64,000 nt of DNA from NCBI GenBank assembly GCA_963786955.1, contig CAWBAT010000002.1, positions 107,874 to 171,873 of the forward strand. Direction: 5' to 3'. Shown one piece after another: positions 10,484 through 21,121 of this stretch. A program made the translations under genes and the position numbers. The notes beneath the pieces are model-generated. The model did not search any database. It had not been told where the DNA came from and saw only the letters and a list, made by a program, of their open reading frames with translations. Every line of letters starts with the position of its first letter. The stretch's first letter is position 1. This DNA comes from an uncultured Acidimicrobiia bacterium. Its GTDB lineage: Bacteria; Acidobacteriota; Terriglobia; Versatilivoradales; Versatilivoraceae.

Positions 10484-10897
10484 ATGAAAAGTTTCCAACA
10501 GTTCCGCACAATTGGTTTTATTTTTTTGGCCTTAGTTGGTGGGCCGAGCCCGACGATCGCCGCGCAGAGTGATCAAATAGGCTTCAGTCAATTTCGTCAC
10601 TTTCTAGGTGGCTTTGTATCCGATAGCCAACAGTCGATGTCAACGTTACAGAGTCGTCCACATGTTCACATCGTCGAGGCGACTTACGGGGACAAGTCTA
10701 CAGGCAACACTTGTGTGCCAAACTTGCGAATCTGCAAAGGGACCTCTGAATGTGAATTCACGGTAACTGACGGCCTTTGTGACGTGAATTCGAAGGTAAA
10801 AACACTTGAAGTCGTTTGGGACTGTGGTGCTGGTTCTGAAATGAAAACGACCACTGCGGTGAAGGGCACAAAAATTTCATTAGTGTGCGGAAATTAG
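10484..10897 (+). CDS. Small secreted Cys-rich protein, SUEL/galactose-binding-lectin-like domain
   Basis: GGAGG RBS; signal peptide; IVEATYG..C..C.G...C...C...K.LEVVWDC pattern with 6 Cys. Confidence 0.55.
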   Translation: MKSFQQFRTIGFIFLALVGGPSPTIAAQSDQIGFSQFRHFLGGFVSDSQQSMSTLQSRPHVHIVEATYGDKSTGNTCVPNLRICKGTSECEFTVTDGLCDVNSKVKTLEVVWDCGAGSEMKTTTAVKGTKISLVCGN

Positions 10898-11083
10898 ACT
10901 GATTTTTCGTTAGGGCATAGCGTACAGCCGGATCCTGTAGTGGTCAGTCATGCCAGCAAGCGGGTGACAAACAGTCCGCACGTTTGATCCGCTTTGAATA
11001 ATTCCTTCCCTTCTTTACCTCTTGCCTTTCCTCTGAAAATTTGAGGGTACAAGCTTCCGACCGGGCATGAGAGACTATGTCGC

Positions 11084-11945
11084 TTAGCGGAAAATGGCCA
11101 TGAGAATTTCGGCAAAAATCAACGCGATGATCACCAGTTCCAGGGTGTGGCTCTGAGCCGTCCTGACCCGGTCAGTCAACAACTGATAGAAGTTGGCAAT
11201 GATATCCAGCGGGCGGGAAACGGAGGCTCCCAGTCATGCAGATAGAATATTGCCGAGCGCATGTGCATCGGGCCAGGTAAAGGTCCCAATCAATTGAGCG
11301 CGCCATCTCCCCATTTCAAGTACCAGAAATTCGGTTCGAAGCTCCGCTAGTTCTTAAAAAACATTACGATAAGGGGTCTGGAACGGCAATGACCATCCCG
11401 TAGGTTCTCGGACTAACCCTTGATACTCACCGATCCGCTTGTCTAACTCGGCGTCGATGTAGCGGGCCTCCAGCAATTCCACGTTGAGTAACTCCAGCAC
11501 GGTGGCTGCGTCCATGTAGTCCCGGTCGTATATGATCGCCGCGTTCCAATCAATCAAGACAAGATCGTTCTGAAAGTAGGTTATGCGTTGGGTTAATGCA
11601 TCTTCCTGTTGTTCCCGACTCAGCGGCTGAGTTTCAAAGCGGAGAACTTGGGCAAGCGTCGCACGGTGCTGCGTCACTAACTCTTCCGCACGCCACAATT
11701 GATCAAATTCTTCAATGATGAACAAGTAATAATCCTCAACAAGGGAGGATAACTCAGGCTGAACAATGGCAGGTCGAATCCCCTCTATGAGTTGAAGCGC
11801 CAAAGTTTGCGCATGAGCCTCAAGATTCCGGCTGTAGAGTTCTTGGCTAAGTTTTGGGAGGTCTTGCAAGAAAAGCCTCTGCCCAGGAGCCGTTAAGCGC
11901 CAGCGATAAGCGAGCTTGCCGCTCCGAAGTCGAAAACCATCGCAT
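11084..11945 (-). pseudogene. Degraded RMD1/DUF155-like membrane protein gene
   Basis: Fragments VFDFGAAS/AYRWRL, DLVLIDWNAAIIYD, ELLEARYIDAELD, IGDLYLAR, FYLHDW, TLELVIIALIFAEILMAIFR* in shifting frames; in-frame TAA at 11354. Confidence 0.65.
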
Positions 11946-12012
11946 GAATGTTATAATTCAGTTTGCAGAGCCGTAAAGCTATATTCGTCATGGTATAGAA
12001 GACATTTACGAA

Positions 12013-12978
12013 CTAACGATTCTGCCCTGACGCCAGCAGAGCCTCAAGCTCGTTGCCAATTTGTTGGGCTATTTCCGCCTGGCATGTCACACCATCGCCA
12101 ATATTCCGCGCGTAACGGCCAGCCCAAAGATGCTGGTCTGTCGGGCCGTGAATGAGTTGTGCCGTCACACGCACTCGATCCCCCGAGAGCAACAGCGTGC
12201 CTTCTAAAACGGCATCCACATTCAACTCACGGGCAATTTGAGTCAAATGTTTTGTCGTGCTCTTGTAGGCCAGGGTTGACCGTCGAGAAGTCACCTGCAA
12301 AGAACCAATCTTGGCCAGACGGGTGATCAGTTCCTCCGTCAATCCCTCTGCGAAAGCTTCCTGCTCGTGTTCATGCTGCAAGGTGTCAAGCGGCAGAACC
12401 GCCACCGAGCGGATTAGCGGGAGATCTGTCTTCAGCCATTTCAGATGAGCATAGTGCCACTCGATCGCAAAAACTGCCATGACAACAACACTGATTCCTG
12501 CCCACAGAATGCCGGTTTTCAGCAATCTTGTTTTTCCATGCTTCGCCGGGGCTAACGGCTCACGGTCCACTCCTTTCTTGTCGCCCTCCAGAGCGGGGCC
12601 TTCCCCAACCACGGGAACGGTCGCTGATTTTGTCTCTGGGACAATGGGTTCGATGGGATGGATGAATCGGTATCCCGTACGCGGAATCGTTTCGATGTAG
12701 TGTGATTGCTCCGCTGCATCCGAGAGGGCTTCTCGAATCCGATGCACGTCGTGGTTGAGAGCATTTTGAAAGTCTACAAACGTGCCATCTGGCCAGAGCT
12801 TCCGTTGCAACTCTTCCCGGCTAACAATCTCTCCGTGGTGCTCAAGCAACAGCTTGAGCACCTGGAAAGGCTGGCTCTGTAAATTGACCCTGTGGCCATG
12901 GTTTGAGAGTTCATGCCTTTCAAAATCAACTTCAAATGCCCCAAAACGGATCTTGGATGGAGAAGTGAAAGGAGACAT
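12013..12978 (-). CDS. CadC/OmpR-type winged-helix regulator with TM helix and TolB-N-like domain
   Basis: FGAFEVD, QPFQVLKLLLE, LWPDGTFVDF, IETIPRTGYRFI; TM segment; SVAVLPL, EGLTEELITRL, LNVDAVLEG, HLWAGRY. Confidence 0.9.
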   Translation of the reverse strand: MSPFTSPSKIRFGAFEVDFERHELSNHGHRVNLQSQPFQVLKLLLEHHGEIVSREELQRKLWPDGTFVDFQNALNHDVHRIREALSDAAEQSHYIETIPRTGYRFIHPIEPIVPETKSATVPVVGEGPALEGDKKGVDREPLAPAKHGKTRLLKTGILWAGISVVVMAVFAIEWHYAHLKWLKTDLPLIRSVAVLPLDTLQHEHEQEAFAEGLTEELITRLAKIGSLQVTSRRSTLAYKSTTKHLTQIARELNVDAVLEGTLLLSGDRVRVTAQLIHGPTDQHLWAGRYARNIGDGVTCQAEIAQQIGNELEALLASGQNR

Positions 12979-13389
12979 GGAGGACTACCTCCACGCTAGG
13001 ATAGGGAATGATGACTAAAAATTCCCATGTAATCTTTGGTAACTTCAATCAGTGTATACCTACTACCTTATTGAATCAATGATTTAACCATACAGATCTA
13101 TTCCGGATCTAATCCACAAATAATTAAGAAATAAATAAGACCCAATCCATTGAAAAACGTGAGTCAGCGTGCTATGCAACACGTTATTAGGGGCGTTATA
13201 AGTTTCCTCAAGTCCCCTAAGCATTCTGTGGGTCTGACTCACTTCAAGAAGTGCCTTTAACTGCACTTCGCAATACCTAGACAAAACATAGGGAGCACGA
13301 ACAAACACAGCAGGGAAGGTCCGCCGTTTCCCATTAGAAATTGGCGCGACTGTATTTCTGTTGAATTTCTCGTGGCTTAACTCCACTGG

Positions 13390-13508
13390 AAGGAGGCTTT
13401 TTTGACCTTACTGGCGAGCCTGCGGAGGTTCTACCGCACCCCACAGACTTACCATCAAGGGCGTACGCCCAAATATCTTGCGGTAGTTTTTGGTGGAGGA
13501 GGCGAATC
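13390..13508 (+). promoter_or_regulatory. Conserved 5' leader motif, copy 1 (candidate cis-regulatory RNA/DNA element)
   Basis: Blocks AAGGAGG, GGCGAGCCTGC, TTCTACCGCACCCC, CGCCCAAATATCTTGCGGTA, GGTGGAGGA shared with 14577-14696. Confidence 0.5.
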
Positions 13509-14039
13509 ATGAAAAAACTCGTTATCTCTCTATTCGCAATACTGATATTCAGCGGGTTCGCCGCAGCTCAAGAGCGGCCACAATGTTATGACTCGGAAGG
13601 GAACTTCATCTACAAGGGAGTGGGGGCCTGCTTTATCGAGCTTGCCGGCCAACCTAATGGCATAGCTGGTTTTACGGAGGACGGGAGGCTGATAGCGGAG
13701 TGGATAAATAATAATAACGATTGGATCAGGGGCAACCGGGTTAAAGGGACTTTCCATCTATCGGACGCGCACGCGAACCTTACCTTTATCCCGCCCAGTG
13801 CATGTGATCAAAATGGGCAAAATTGTGATCCCACCAAGTTTTACCACGGCGAGGGCCTGATTTCACTCAATGGACCACTGTTTTTCGGCTCGTGCCCCGA
13901 TACGCTTAATATTATGGGGAAGGTCCAGAGCCCCTCGTCGGGGGACTGGTTCAGGGCCCAGTACATGCTTGTATTGACGAAAAGCCAAACTGAGGGATGC
14001 AAACTAGGTTTTGAAAAACTCACCGTAACGCCATTGTAG
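13509..14039 (+). CDS. Secreted hypothetical protein
   Basis: Strong GGAGG RBS, MKKL..AAA signal peptide, 176 aa, several Cys. Confidence 0.75.
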   Translation: MKKLVISLFAILIFSGFAAAQERPQCYDSEGNFIYKGVGACFIELAGQPNGIAGFTEDGRLIAEWINNNNDWIRGNRVKGTFHLSDAHANLTFIPPSACDQNGQNCDPTKFYHGEGLISLNGPLFFGSCPDTLNIMGKVQSPSSGDWFRAQYMLVLTKSQTEGCKLGFEKLTVTPL

Positions 14040-14178
14040 GTCGACGGTCTGGGGGGGGATCATCTCGATCACCCAATTGAGCATTAGCTAGCAGCGACGG
14101 TTAGTTCGCAACTCGGTCTGGCTGTGGCTACCGAAATCATTCTCCACATATTTGGAGGCAGCGAATAGCACAAGCGAA

Positions 14179-14462
14179 ATTCACAGGTCGCTCCTCTGGA
14201 GCTTAGCGGGCAGATTTTGGCTGCATACTATAAACAGGAGGCTCCTGACGGAGCCAACAAAGAATTGGAGAGGGGAGGAGGTACGAAAGCAGCGTGGTGC
14301 GACGATTATTCCCAACGGGACGAGGGCGTCCCGGCTCCAGCATCAGATTGGAGACGCCGCGCCCTCGCGGCGCCTTATTCCGGCCAAGCCGCATAGCGGC
14401 GGCCTGTTTATAGAACAGGTTATTCGTCAAGAATTGAAGCTCCGTTAGGAGCGACCTGTGAA
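14179..14462. repeat. Inverted-repeat-bounded element of GCTCC-N3-GGAGC/CTATAAACAG family, enclosing a small GGAG-type REP doublet
   Basis: TTCACAGGTCGCTCCT..GGAGCTT at left is the reverse complement of AAGCTCC..AGGAGCGACCTGTGAA at right; CTATAAACAGG versus CCTGTTTATAG. Confidence 0.7.
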
Positions 14463-14576
14463 GATGGTGAATTTGCAATGTCCACAACCAGCCTCTTCCT
14501 GAAGGGCCGATCCGCCAGACGGCGGACGAGGTCGAAGCAAATTTGGCAGTTGTCGCTCTGTTTTCATCTTCATTCA

Positions 14577-14696
14577 AAGGAGGTTCTATCAACCCGCGAG
14601 GCAAGCCTGCAAGGCTTCTACCGCACCCCGGGCAGCCTGCGCAACAAGGCCATCGCCCAAATATCTTGCGGTACTTTTAGGTGGAGGACGAATTAC
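14577..14696 (+). promoter_or_regulatory. Conserved 5' leader motif, copy 2
   Basis: Same ordered blocks as 13390-13508, again followed by ATGAAAAAACTC. Confidence 0.5.
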
Positions 14697-15180
14697 ATGA
14701 AAAAACTCATTCTTGCTTTTGCAGCTTTGTTTAGCTTGGCACTACTTGTTGTGCCGTCTTTCCCGGCGGGGGGGACACACAGGTCTTGGACATCGCCATG
14801 AATGAAACCTGGGACCTCCCGTGTATTGGTGAAACGGTTCAGGTCACCGGGATACTACACTCGGTTTCTTCGGAAGTTATCAACAATAACAGGGGGCACT
14901 GGATGGTTCAGTATAATCCGAAGGGATTGACCGGCGTGGCCTCACCACAGGTACGGTCTATCACGCAACTGGTCTAACACGCTATAGTTACGAGTGGACC
15001 GTACAACCTGATGAATACCCCTTGCACTGGACCATCATAAATAAAATACCATTCATCAGCGAAGGTTCTGGGGCAAACTTCTTGGAGATTGACACGACGC
15101 AGTTGACGCTAAACGCCAATGGCGACGTGACGGTGGATTTCAACAACTCTCAGATTGTCTGCCGAGGAAGAAATCCTTAA
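14697..15180 (+). pseudogene. Secreted hypothetical protein interrupted by two -1 frameshifts (pseudogene or sequencing error)
   Basis: MKKLILAF signal, then LPCIGETVQVTG, then GLTTGTVYHATG...TLNANGDVTVDF..C in three successive frames; shifts near the G7 run at ~14770 and near 14938. Confidence 0.65.
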
Positions 15181-15519
15181 GCAATCCAGACGTCGGTGGC
15201 CACGGTCAATGCGAATGCAGCCACGACGGTCTTGTTTGCTGATAATGTAATCACTTACAGCTTGGATGCGCCGCAGGACTCGTTCTCAGGCCTGCGGGGC
15301 TTCTGTGTTAGTGCTGCGATGTCTGCGGACCAATGGGGCAGCCACGAAGAACGCGTTTGTTACGGGCTTCGTGGGCTTTTCCTTAATTCTCATGGCCACG
15401 GCTGATGAGGGTCGAATAGGAAAAACTCACGATCAATGCCAAAAGGGCATTGATCGTGGTTACCAAAAACATTCTTCATCGGGTGCTTTGTCCCTACGGG
15501 AGCAGCGAGAAGCGTAAGG

Positions 15520-15598
15520 GAAATTCACGGGCCGCTCCTCTGGAGCTTAAGAATCGATTGTGGCTCGAGACTATAAACAGGCGGCTCCTGACGGAGCC
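15520..15598. repeat. Further copy of GCTCC-N3-GGAGC/CTATAAACAG repeat arm
   Basis: Matches 14177-14254 (GCTCCTCTGGAGCTTA...CTATAAACAGG.GGCTCCTGACGGAGCC). Confidence 0.7.
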
Positions 15599-15869
15599 GG
15601 CAGGCAATTGACGGAATGAGGATGACGGAAATCTTGTCGCTCGTACCGCCGGGTTAGGATAAACAATTGAGAATGCTTCACGGCCTAGAGCACAGTGGCA
15701 AGCCCTTTGGAACCTTTGTAGGCTAGAGGCTTTGTCAAAGCAGGCAGCAGAGTTGAATCTTAAATCTGCGGCTTTTGAAAGCGGCGAGGGGAAAGGCCGC
15801 GGATCCTTTCCATCCCCTGCCGCAAAGCAGCACCGCTTTCGAACGTGGACTGCGGGTCCGCACGGCAGT

Positions 15870-16904
15870 CTAGGGCTTCTGCGCCAACGCAAGGACGACA
15901 ACAGCTGCCAGGATGATTACGCACCCCCAGGCCAGCCAGGTCTTGGCCAGGGCTCCGGCACTGGCCCATTCCCCTGTGGCTAACCCCGCCACGTTACTGG
16001 CGATAATATTAGTGCCCATCAGCAGTGGCCAGCCGACTACCGTCCCAAAATCACCCATTCGGTTGATTCCCATACCATAGATCGCCAATCCTCCGTACCA
16101 GAATCCGCCCATCAGCAGGCCAAACAGCCAATGGCTAGCTGTCCCGGGGAGTCTGAACCGCGAAGCAGTTCCATTCCGACGCAAAAGGTAAATGCAGTAA
16201 ATGGCATTCGCCACAAATCCTCCGCTGGTGGCCAATGCAGCAGCAACGTTGGGAGCCCACACGGGGGAAGTTCCCAGGCGGCGGGCAGTCTCGATCGTCT
16301 CAGTCCCAAAGGCATAGGCGAAGTTCAAGAATGACGAAAGCAGGCCAGCTGCAATGCAGACGAGTAGTCCCGAAAGAAATGCTTTTTGCGAACTCCCTGG
16401 AGATTGCTCTCCCTTCAGAAGCCTTTCGGCCCGCTCCCGCAGTAGGCCTGCGACAGCCACGCCAGCAATCCCCCCAAACATGACCATACTCCCGATCAGA
16501 TAAAAATATCCTTGAGTAGTGAAGATCTTCTGGGGAGTGAGAATAAGTAGTGGTACCAGAGACCCCGCCGAAGCACAGATACCCAGGATAATAGCCAGGC
16601 CGAGACCGATTCCCAGCATCTTCACACCTAGCCCAACCAGCGTGGCGCCGATCCCCCAGCCGAAACCGAAGAGCACGATCATCCATAGTGATCTGGTAGG
16701 AGCAGAGGCATAAATCTCGGCAAGGCGGGGGATCGTCGCGGCATTCAACAGCCAGGGGAAAATAATGAAGCCGGTCAACGCAAACACAAGCCAAATGTGT
16801 TCAAATCCCCACTGCCGGGCATACTTCATGGGTAATGCGAAAACTCCCAGCAAGATCCCTCCCAGCAATACAAGCGCCGCCCCAAGAAAAACAGAGATAT
16901 CCAT
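15870..16904 (-). CDS. rhaT: L-rhamnose/H+ symporter RhaT family
   Basis: PMKYARQWGFEHIWLV, LGIGLGLAIILG..GSLVP, GWPLLM...SNVAG..TGEW; about 10 TM; ATG at 16904 after GGAGG. Confidence 0.8.
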   Translation of the reverse strand: MDISVFLGAALVLLGGILLGVFALPMKYARQWGFEHIWLVFALTGFIIFPWLLNAATIPRLAEIYASAPTRSLWMIVLFGFGWGIGATLVGLGVKMLGIGLGLAIILGICASAGSLVPLLILTPQKIFTTQGYFYLIGSMVMFGGIAGVAVAGLLRERAERLLKGEQSPGSSQKAFLSGLLVCIAAGLLSSFLNFAYAFGTETIETARRLGTSPVWAPNVAAALATSGGFVANAIYCIYLLRRNGTASRFRLPGTASHWLFGLLMGGFWYGGLAIYGMGINRMGDFGTVVGWPLLMGTNIIASNVAGLATGEWASAGALAKTWLAWGCVIILAAVVVLALAQKP

Positions 16905-16943
16905 GAGAGCCTCCAATAGAATAAAAGAACGCCAATTCAGCTT

Positions 16944-17504
16944 CTATAGATACCGTCTCACACGACTGCAATATTTCATGTACTCTTCACCAAAAACCTT
17001 TCGCAGATGCTGCTCTTCTGCCAAGACTATTTTGTGGTGAACAGCGGCAACGAATACCCCAATGCAAAATAAGATTGGGTTCAGTGTGTAAAAGACGGCA
17101 GCAAGCAGCGTTGCATAAACTCCAAGATACATTGGGTTCCGACTGAATCGGAATAAACCATTGATTTTCAGCTGGGTACTTTCTTTGGGAGACCCAATTC
17201 TAAAAGAGTCTCCCAGTCCAAACCGTCCGATGAATAAGAGCAAAAATCCTGAGACCCATAAGATCAGCGAAACCCATTTCAGAAACTCGGGTACCTTGAT
17301 GAAGGAGAGGTTAATACCCCAGCTATGCGAAACCATGGCCCCCCAAAGAATAAGAATCGAATACTTACTCATGTAAAAAAGCTTCCGATCAATTGGTGGC
17401 TCGCCGTCCATTTCAATATTCCTGCGTCGAAACAGTTCCCCTCCACCGAACAAAACAACCAAGAACAAGACTGGAAGTAGCGTTATACCGAAAGACTCAA
17501 TCAT
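16944..17504 (-). CDS. Isoprenylcysteine carboxylmethyltransferase (ICMT/PEMT) family membrane protein
   Basis: GLFRFSRNPMYLG and EEQHL..FGEEY..Y..RVRRY motifs. Confidence 0.85.
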   Translation of the reverse strand: MIESFGITLLPVLFLVVLFGGGELFRRRNIEMDGEPPIDRKLFYMSKYSILILWGAMVSHSWGINLSFIKVPEFLKWVSLILWVSGFLLLFIGRFGLGDSFRIGSPKESTQLKINGLFRFSRNPMYLGVYATLLAAVFYTLNPILFCIGVFVAAVHHKIVLAEEQHLRKVFGEEYMKYCSRVRRYL

Positions 17505-17576
17505 CACTAACTTCCTCAAGAGAAGTGCAATTATTACCAATGCCTTAGCGGCTGGGGTATCACCCGGCAGCGCGTT

Positions 17577-18311
17577 CTAATCATTGATAACGTCAAATAG
17601 CCGGTCCCTCTGCTCGTACAGATTGGCCGCCGCTCCCAGGGCGACTTCGTAAGTGTCGCTTTCAAGCGCCGTCACGATGCCTTGGGCGACTGCCTTGGCG
17701 CTCATCATGGTGTCGTTTTTGTCGGGCCGTCGGCGACGGCCGGCCAGCTCGGTAGGAACGATCGGAGGTGCAATCTCGAACACTCGCACTCGGGTGCTGC
17801 GGAGCTGGCGCCGCAGCGAAAGGCTCAACGAGTGAATCGCGGCCTTTGTCGCGCTGTAGACAGGAACTTGGGCCAGCGGAGTAAACCCGAGGCCTGAGGA
17901 AATGTTGACGATTGCCGCCTCGGTCTGCTTCTCCAGCACTGGGATCAGCAGAGCAGCTAAGTGGATCGGCGCGCGTAGATTCGTTGCGAGTTCCTCATCC
18001 GCTTCCGCCAGGTCCCGAGGGCCCTTGAGAAAGTTTACAGGACGTTGGATGCCGGCGTTGTTGACCAGGATGTTGAGTGAGGGAAGACGCTTCTCTAGCC
18101 ATTGCAGCAGAGAGGACCTCGAGGCAGCTCGCGAAACGTCGCAGACTTTCACCTGCAACTGAGGAATGCGCCGCTTAGCAGCCAGTAGTTTGGCCCGACG
18201 GCGGCCACAGATGGCTACCGTGTTTCCCTTCGCGACCAAAGCCTCAGCGAGTGCCCAGCCGATCCCCGTCGCGCCTCCAGTGATCAGAACTGTGTTACCG
18301 TATATTTTCAA
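17577..18311 (-). CDS. Short-chain dehydrogenase/reductase (DltE-like)
   Basis: TGGATGIG, NNAGIQ, SSGLGFTP, YSATK. Confidence 0.9.
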   Translation of the reverse strand: MKIYGNTVLITGGATGIGWALAEALVAKGNTVAICGRRRAKLLAAKRRIPQLQVKVCDVSRAASRSSLLQWLEKRLPSLNILVNNAGIQRPVNFLKGPRDLAEADEELATNLRAPIHLAALLIPVLEKQTEAAIVNISSGLGFTPLAQVPVYSATKAAIHSLSLSLRRQLRSTRVRVFEIAPPIVPTELAGRRRRPDKNDTMMSAKAVAQGIVTALESDTYEVALGAAANLYEQRDRLFDVIND

Positions 18312-18596
18312 GAGGGGATCTCCAAATGCCAGGATGCTTTACACGGAATAGAAAACGGCACCTGCGATGGCTCCGATCATCCTTGCGTCTTACGTGCATC
18401 GGCTGTCCAACATAGTACCACTGAAGGTTACACCCGTGGCAGTCTCACTCGCAATGACTTGTAAAGATTGTCACATCTGACAGCCTTCTGATATTTTCAT
18501 GTCCTGAGATAACGAGAGAGCATGCTTCACACTTTTTCGTCATCACTGAGCGTGAAACGCTACGAAGTTTTCCGGGTAGACAGGAGGATATCACCC

Positions 18597-20843
18597 ATGG
18601 TAATCAACACCCTCCCCAGACACTGCAAACTGCAATCGAGTCCTGTCTTTTCTAGGCGAGAGGTTCTACAAAGTGCTTTGGTAGCTGGTTTTGCTGTCCC
18701 GCTATGCCAAGTGCTGGACGCTACCCCGCAGAGTGGCACTGGTGACAGCTTCAATAGTTCAAAGAGAGTGATCTGGCCGGCGGAAGCCTACCGCCGCTTT
18801 GCCGTCGACATTCACGTTCCTGACTGGGATGAGGCGCTACTCGGTGAATTCGACGGCTCCCAATTTGTGAAAAACATGGCGGAAGCAGGCGCGCAGTCGG
18901 TGCTGCAATATACGAACTCGCATGTGGGACTTTGTTTATGGCAGACGAAAATAGGAAAGATGCACGCCAGTTTAAGAGGTAGAGACTTCTTCGGAGAGGT
19001 GGTCAGCGAGTGTCGGCGTCGTGGTATTGCGCCTCTGGCGTACTTTAGCGTTATCTTTGACAATTGGGCTTATGAAAACCATCCGGATTGGCGAATCCTG
19101 CCAGCGGAAGGATACGGCCCCCAATTGAAAGGACGTTACGGGGTAGTGTGTCCGAATTCTCCGTATCGAAAGTATGCAGCAGCCTGTGTTGAGGAACTAA
19201 CGACCCAATACGATCTCGATGGGATCTTTTGTGATATGACGTTCTGGCCAGGAATTTGCTACTGTCCTCACTGCACTGAACGGTTTCGGCAGGAATCCGG
19301 GATGGAACCGCCTCGGGTGGTAAATTGGAATGACCCACAGTGGCGAAACTTTCAGAAATCACGTCAAAAGTGGCTTTTGGAGTTTGCTCAGCTTCTTACT
19401 GATACCGCCAAAAAAAGTCGGCCGACGATTACCATCAACCATCAGTTTTCCACCATTTTTCATAATTGGACACTGGGTGTACCTTTAGAACTGGCCAAGA
19501 CCTGTGACTATGTGGGAGGCGACTTCTACGGCGGCCCAAGCCAGCATTCCCTAGCCTGTAAGGTCTATGATGGCCTCTCCCGATCCCATCCTTTTGAGTT
19601 TCACACATCACGGACACGGGACCCTCGAGATCATGTGACAGTCAAGCCTATGGCCGAGCTTCGAACCGAGTCATTTGTGGCCACTCTTCATTCGGCCGCA
19701 CTGCTGCTCGTGGACTACATCAATGCCAACGGGACTCTGAATCCGGAAGTCTACAAGTATATGGGGAAGCTGAGTGCAGAGCGGGCTCGTTACGAGCCTT
19801 TCTTGGGGGGCGAGCTGCAAGCCGACGTCGCGATCTACTATGACAAAGAATCGATGTACAACCCAGACGAACAGGGCATTCAGGTTTCTGAATTGAAAGC
19901 TGTGGACGACTGTCCTCACCGGGAGGCCGTTGTCGGTCTAGCAAGGGTCATGAGGGAGGCACACCTTCCGTTTGCAGTCGTCACCAATGCCAACATAGAA
20001 ACAATCGAACGTTATCGGGCAGTGCTGCTGCCGAGTGTTCTAGAGATGACTGCAGAGCAGGCAGAAAGGTTCCGTCGTTTCGTTGAGTCTGGCGGAGTTC
20101 TGTATGTCAGCGGCTCATCTTCCCTCGATCGGTTTGCCCAGGGGGCGCCCCGTTTCCTGCTGGATTCGGTAATAGGGGTGACCTATGAAGGCCGGGTGGG
20201 AAGCCGTTCGATCACGTATTTGACCCCCGAGGATTCAGAAGTTACTGCGGCCATTTGGCCTCAGGATCATTTGAGCTATTCGGGAGAGTTGATCCGAGCA
20301 AAAACCCTTGAGAGTGCTCAAGTGCTGGCTCGGGTCACTCCTCCTTTTGTCGATCCTGAGTTGGGAAAAGTGATCGGCAGCCATTTTGCGGCGATTCATA
20401 GCAATCCTCCGGCACTCAAGCCCAGTCCACATCCGGCTCTGGTCCTGAATAAATATGGGCGGGGACAATCAGTCTGGGTGGCCGCTCCGATTGAGAGGCG
20501 CAATGAGGCGGTAAATAAGAAACTGATCGAGACGCTTTTGAAGCGTATCCTTAAGCCGCCCTACGCCTTCGAAGTGGAGGCCCCTCCGTGGGTGGAGATG
20601 GTATTATTCGATCAGCCAAACAAAGGTCGTCTGTTGGCTGGACTTCTCAACATGCAGGAGCAATTTCCGCAGGTGCCGGTACCTGCTACGGTGCGGGTGA
20701 AGACGCCAAAGGGTCAGCGAATAATACACGTGAAAAGCGTTCCAGAAAGAGATGAAGTCCCAATTCAGGTCAGGGGATCTTACGTTGAATTTCAAGTCCA
20801 GCCCTTTCAATCTCTCGTCATGTTTACTCTGGAGTATGCTTAA
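18597..20843 (+). CDS. Tat-exported GHL6/alpha-fucosidase-like glycoside hydrolase with GH42-type trimerisation domain
   Basis: AGGAGG RBS before ATG 18597; SRREVLQ; DIHVPDW, HPDWR, CPNSPYR, YDLDGIFCDM, CYCPHC; FVESGGVL. Confidence 0.75.
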   Translation: MVINTLPRHCKLQSSPVFSRREVLQSALVAGFAVPLCQVLDATPQSGTGDSFNSSKRVIWPAEAYRRFAVDIHVPDWDEALLGEFDGSQFVKNMAEAGAQSVLQYTNSHVGLCLWQTKIGKMHASLRGRDFFGEVVSECRRRGIAPLAYFSVIFDNWAYENHPDWRILPAEGYGPQLKGRYGVVCPNSPYRKYAAACVEELTTQYDLDGIFCDMTFWPGICYCPHCTERFRQESGMEPPRVVNWNDPQWRNFQKSRQKWLLEFAQLLTDTAKKSRPTITINHQFSTIFHNWTLGVPLELAKTCDYVGGDFYGGPSQHSLACKVYDGLSRSHPFEFHTSRTRDPRDHVTVKPMAELRTESFVATLHSAALLLVDYINANGTLNPEVYKYMGKLSAERARYEPFLGGELQADVAIYYDKESMYNPDEQGIQVSELKAVDDCPHREAVVGLARVMREAHLPFAVVTNANIETIERYRAVLLPSVLEMTAEQAERFRRFVESGGVLYVSGSSSLDRFAQGAPRFLLDSVIGVTYEGRVGSRSITYLTPEDSEVTAAIWPQDHLSYSGELIRAKTLESAQVLARVTPPFVDPELGKVIGSHFAAIHSNPPALKPSPHPALVLNKYGRGQSVWVAAPIERRNEAVNKKLIETLLKRILKPPYAFEVEAPPWVEMVLFDQPNKGRLLAGLLNMQEQFPQVPVPATVRVKTPKGQRIIHVKSVPERDEVPIQVRGSYVEFQVQPFQSLVMFTLEYA

Positions 20844-21121
20844 GGTTTTGTCGCCGCTGGCGGGCTGCGCCCTACTTCTTGAGGGTAGTGTAAACCTCCA
20901 GACTGCAAAACCGGTTTGAATGAATGGAACCTGCCGTGGCTTGAAGGTGGATTGCTTGGAAGAGAACCTGCTGAATGGGACGTCATTCCCAGGCGGTTCA
21001 GGCAATCTGCAATCAATGCGGTTTAGGAGGCACAATTTTTCCTTGCATGCCCTAATATTACCCATTTCATCACAAGTGAAGCAGCGTTTGATTAACTCAG
21101 AAGAAAAATAGGAGGGGAACC

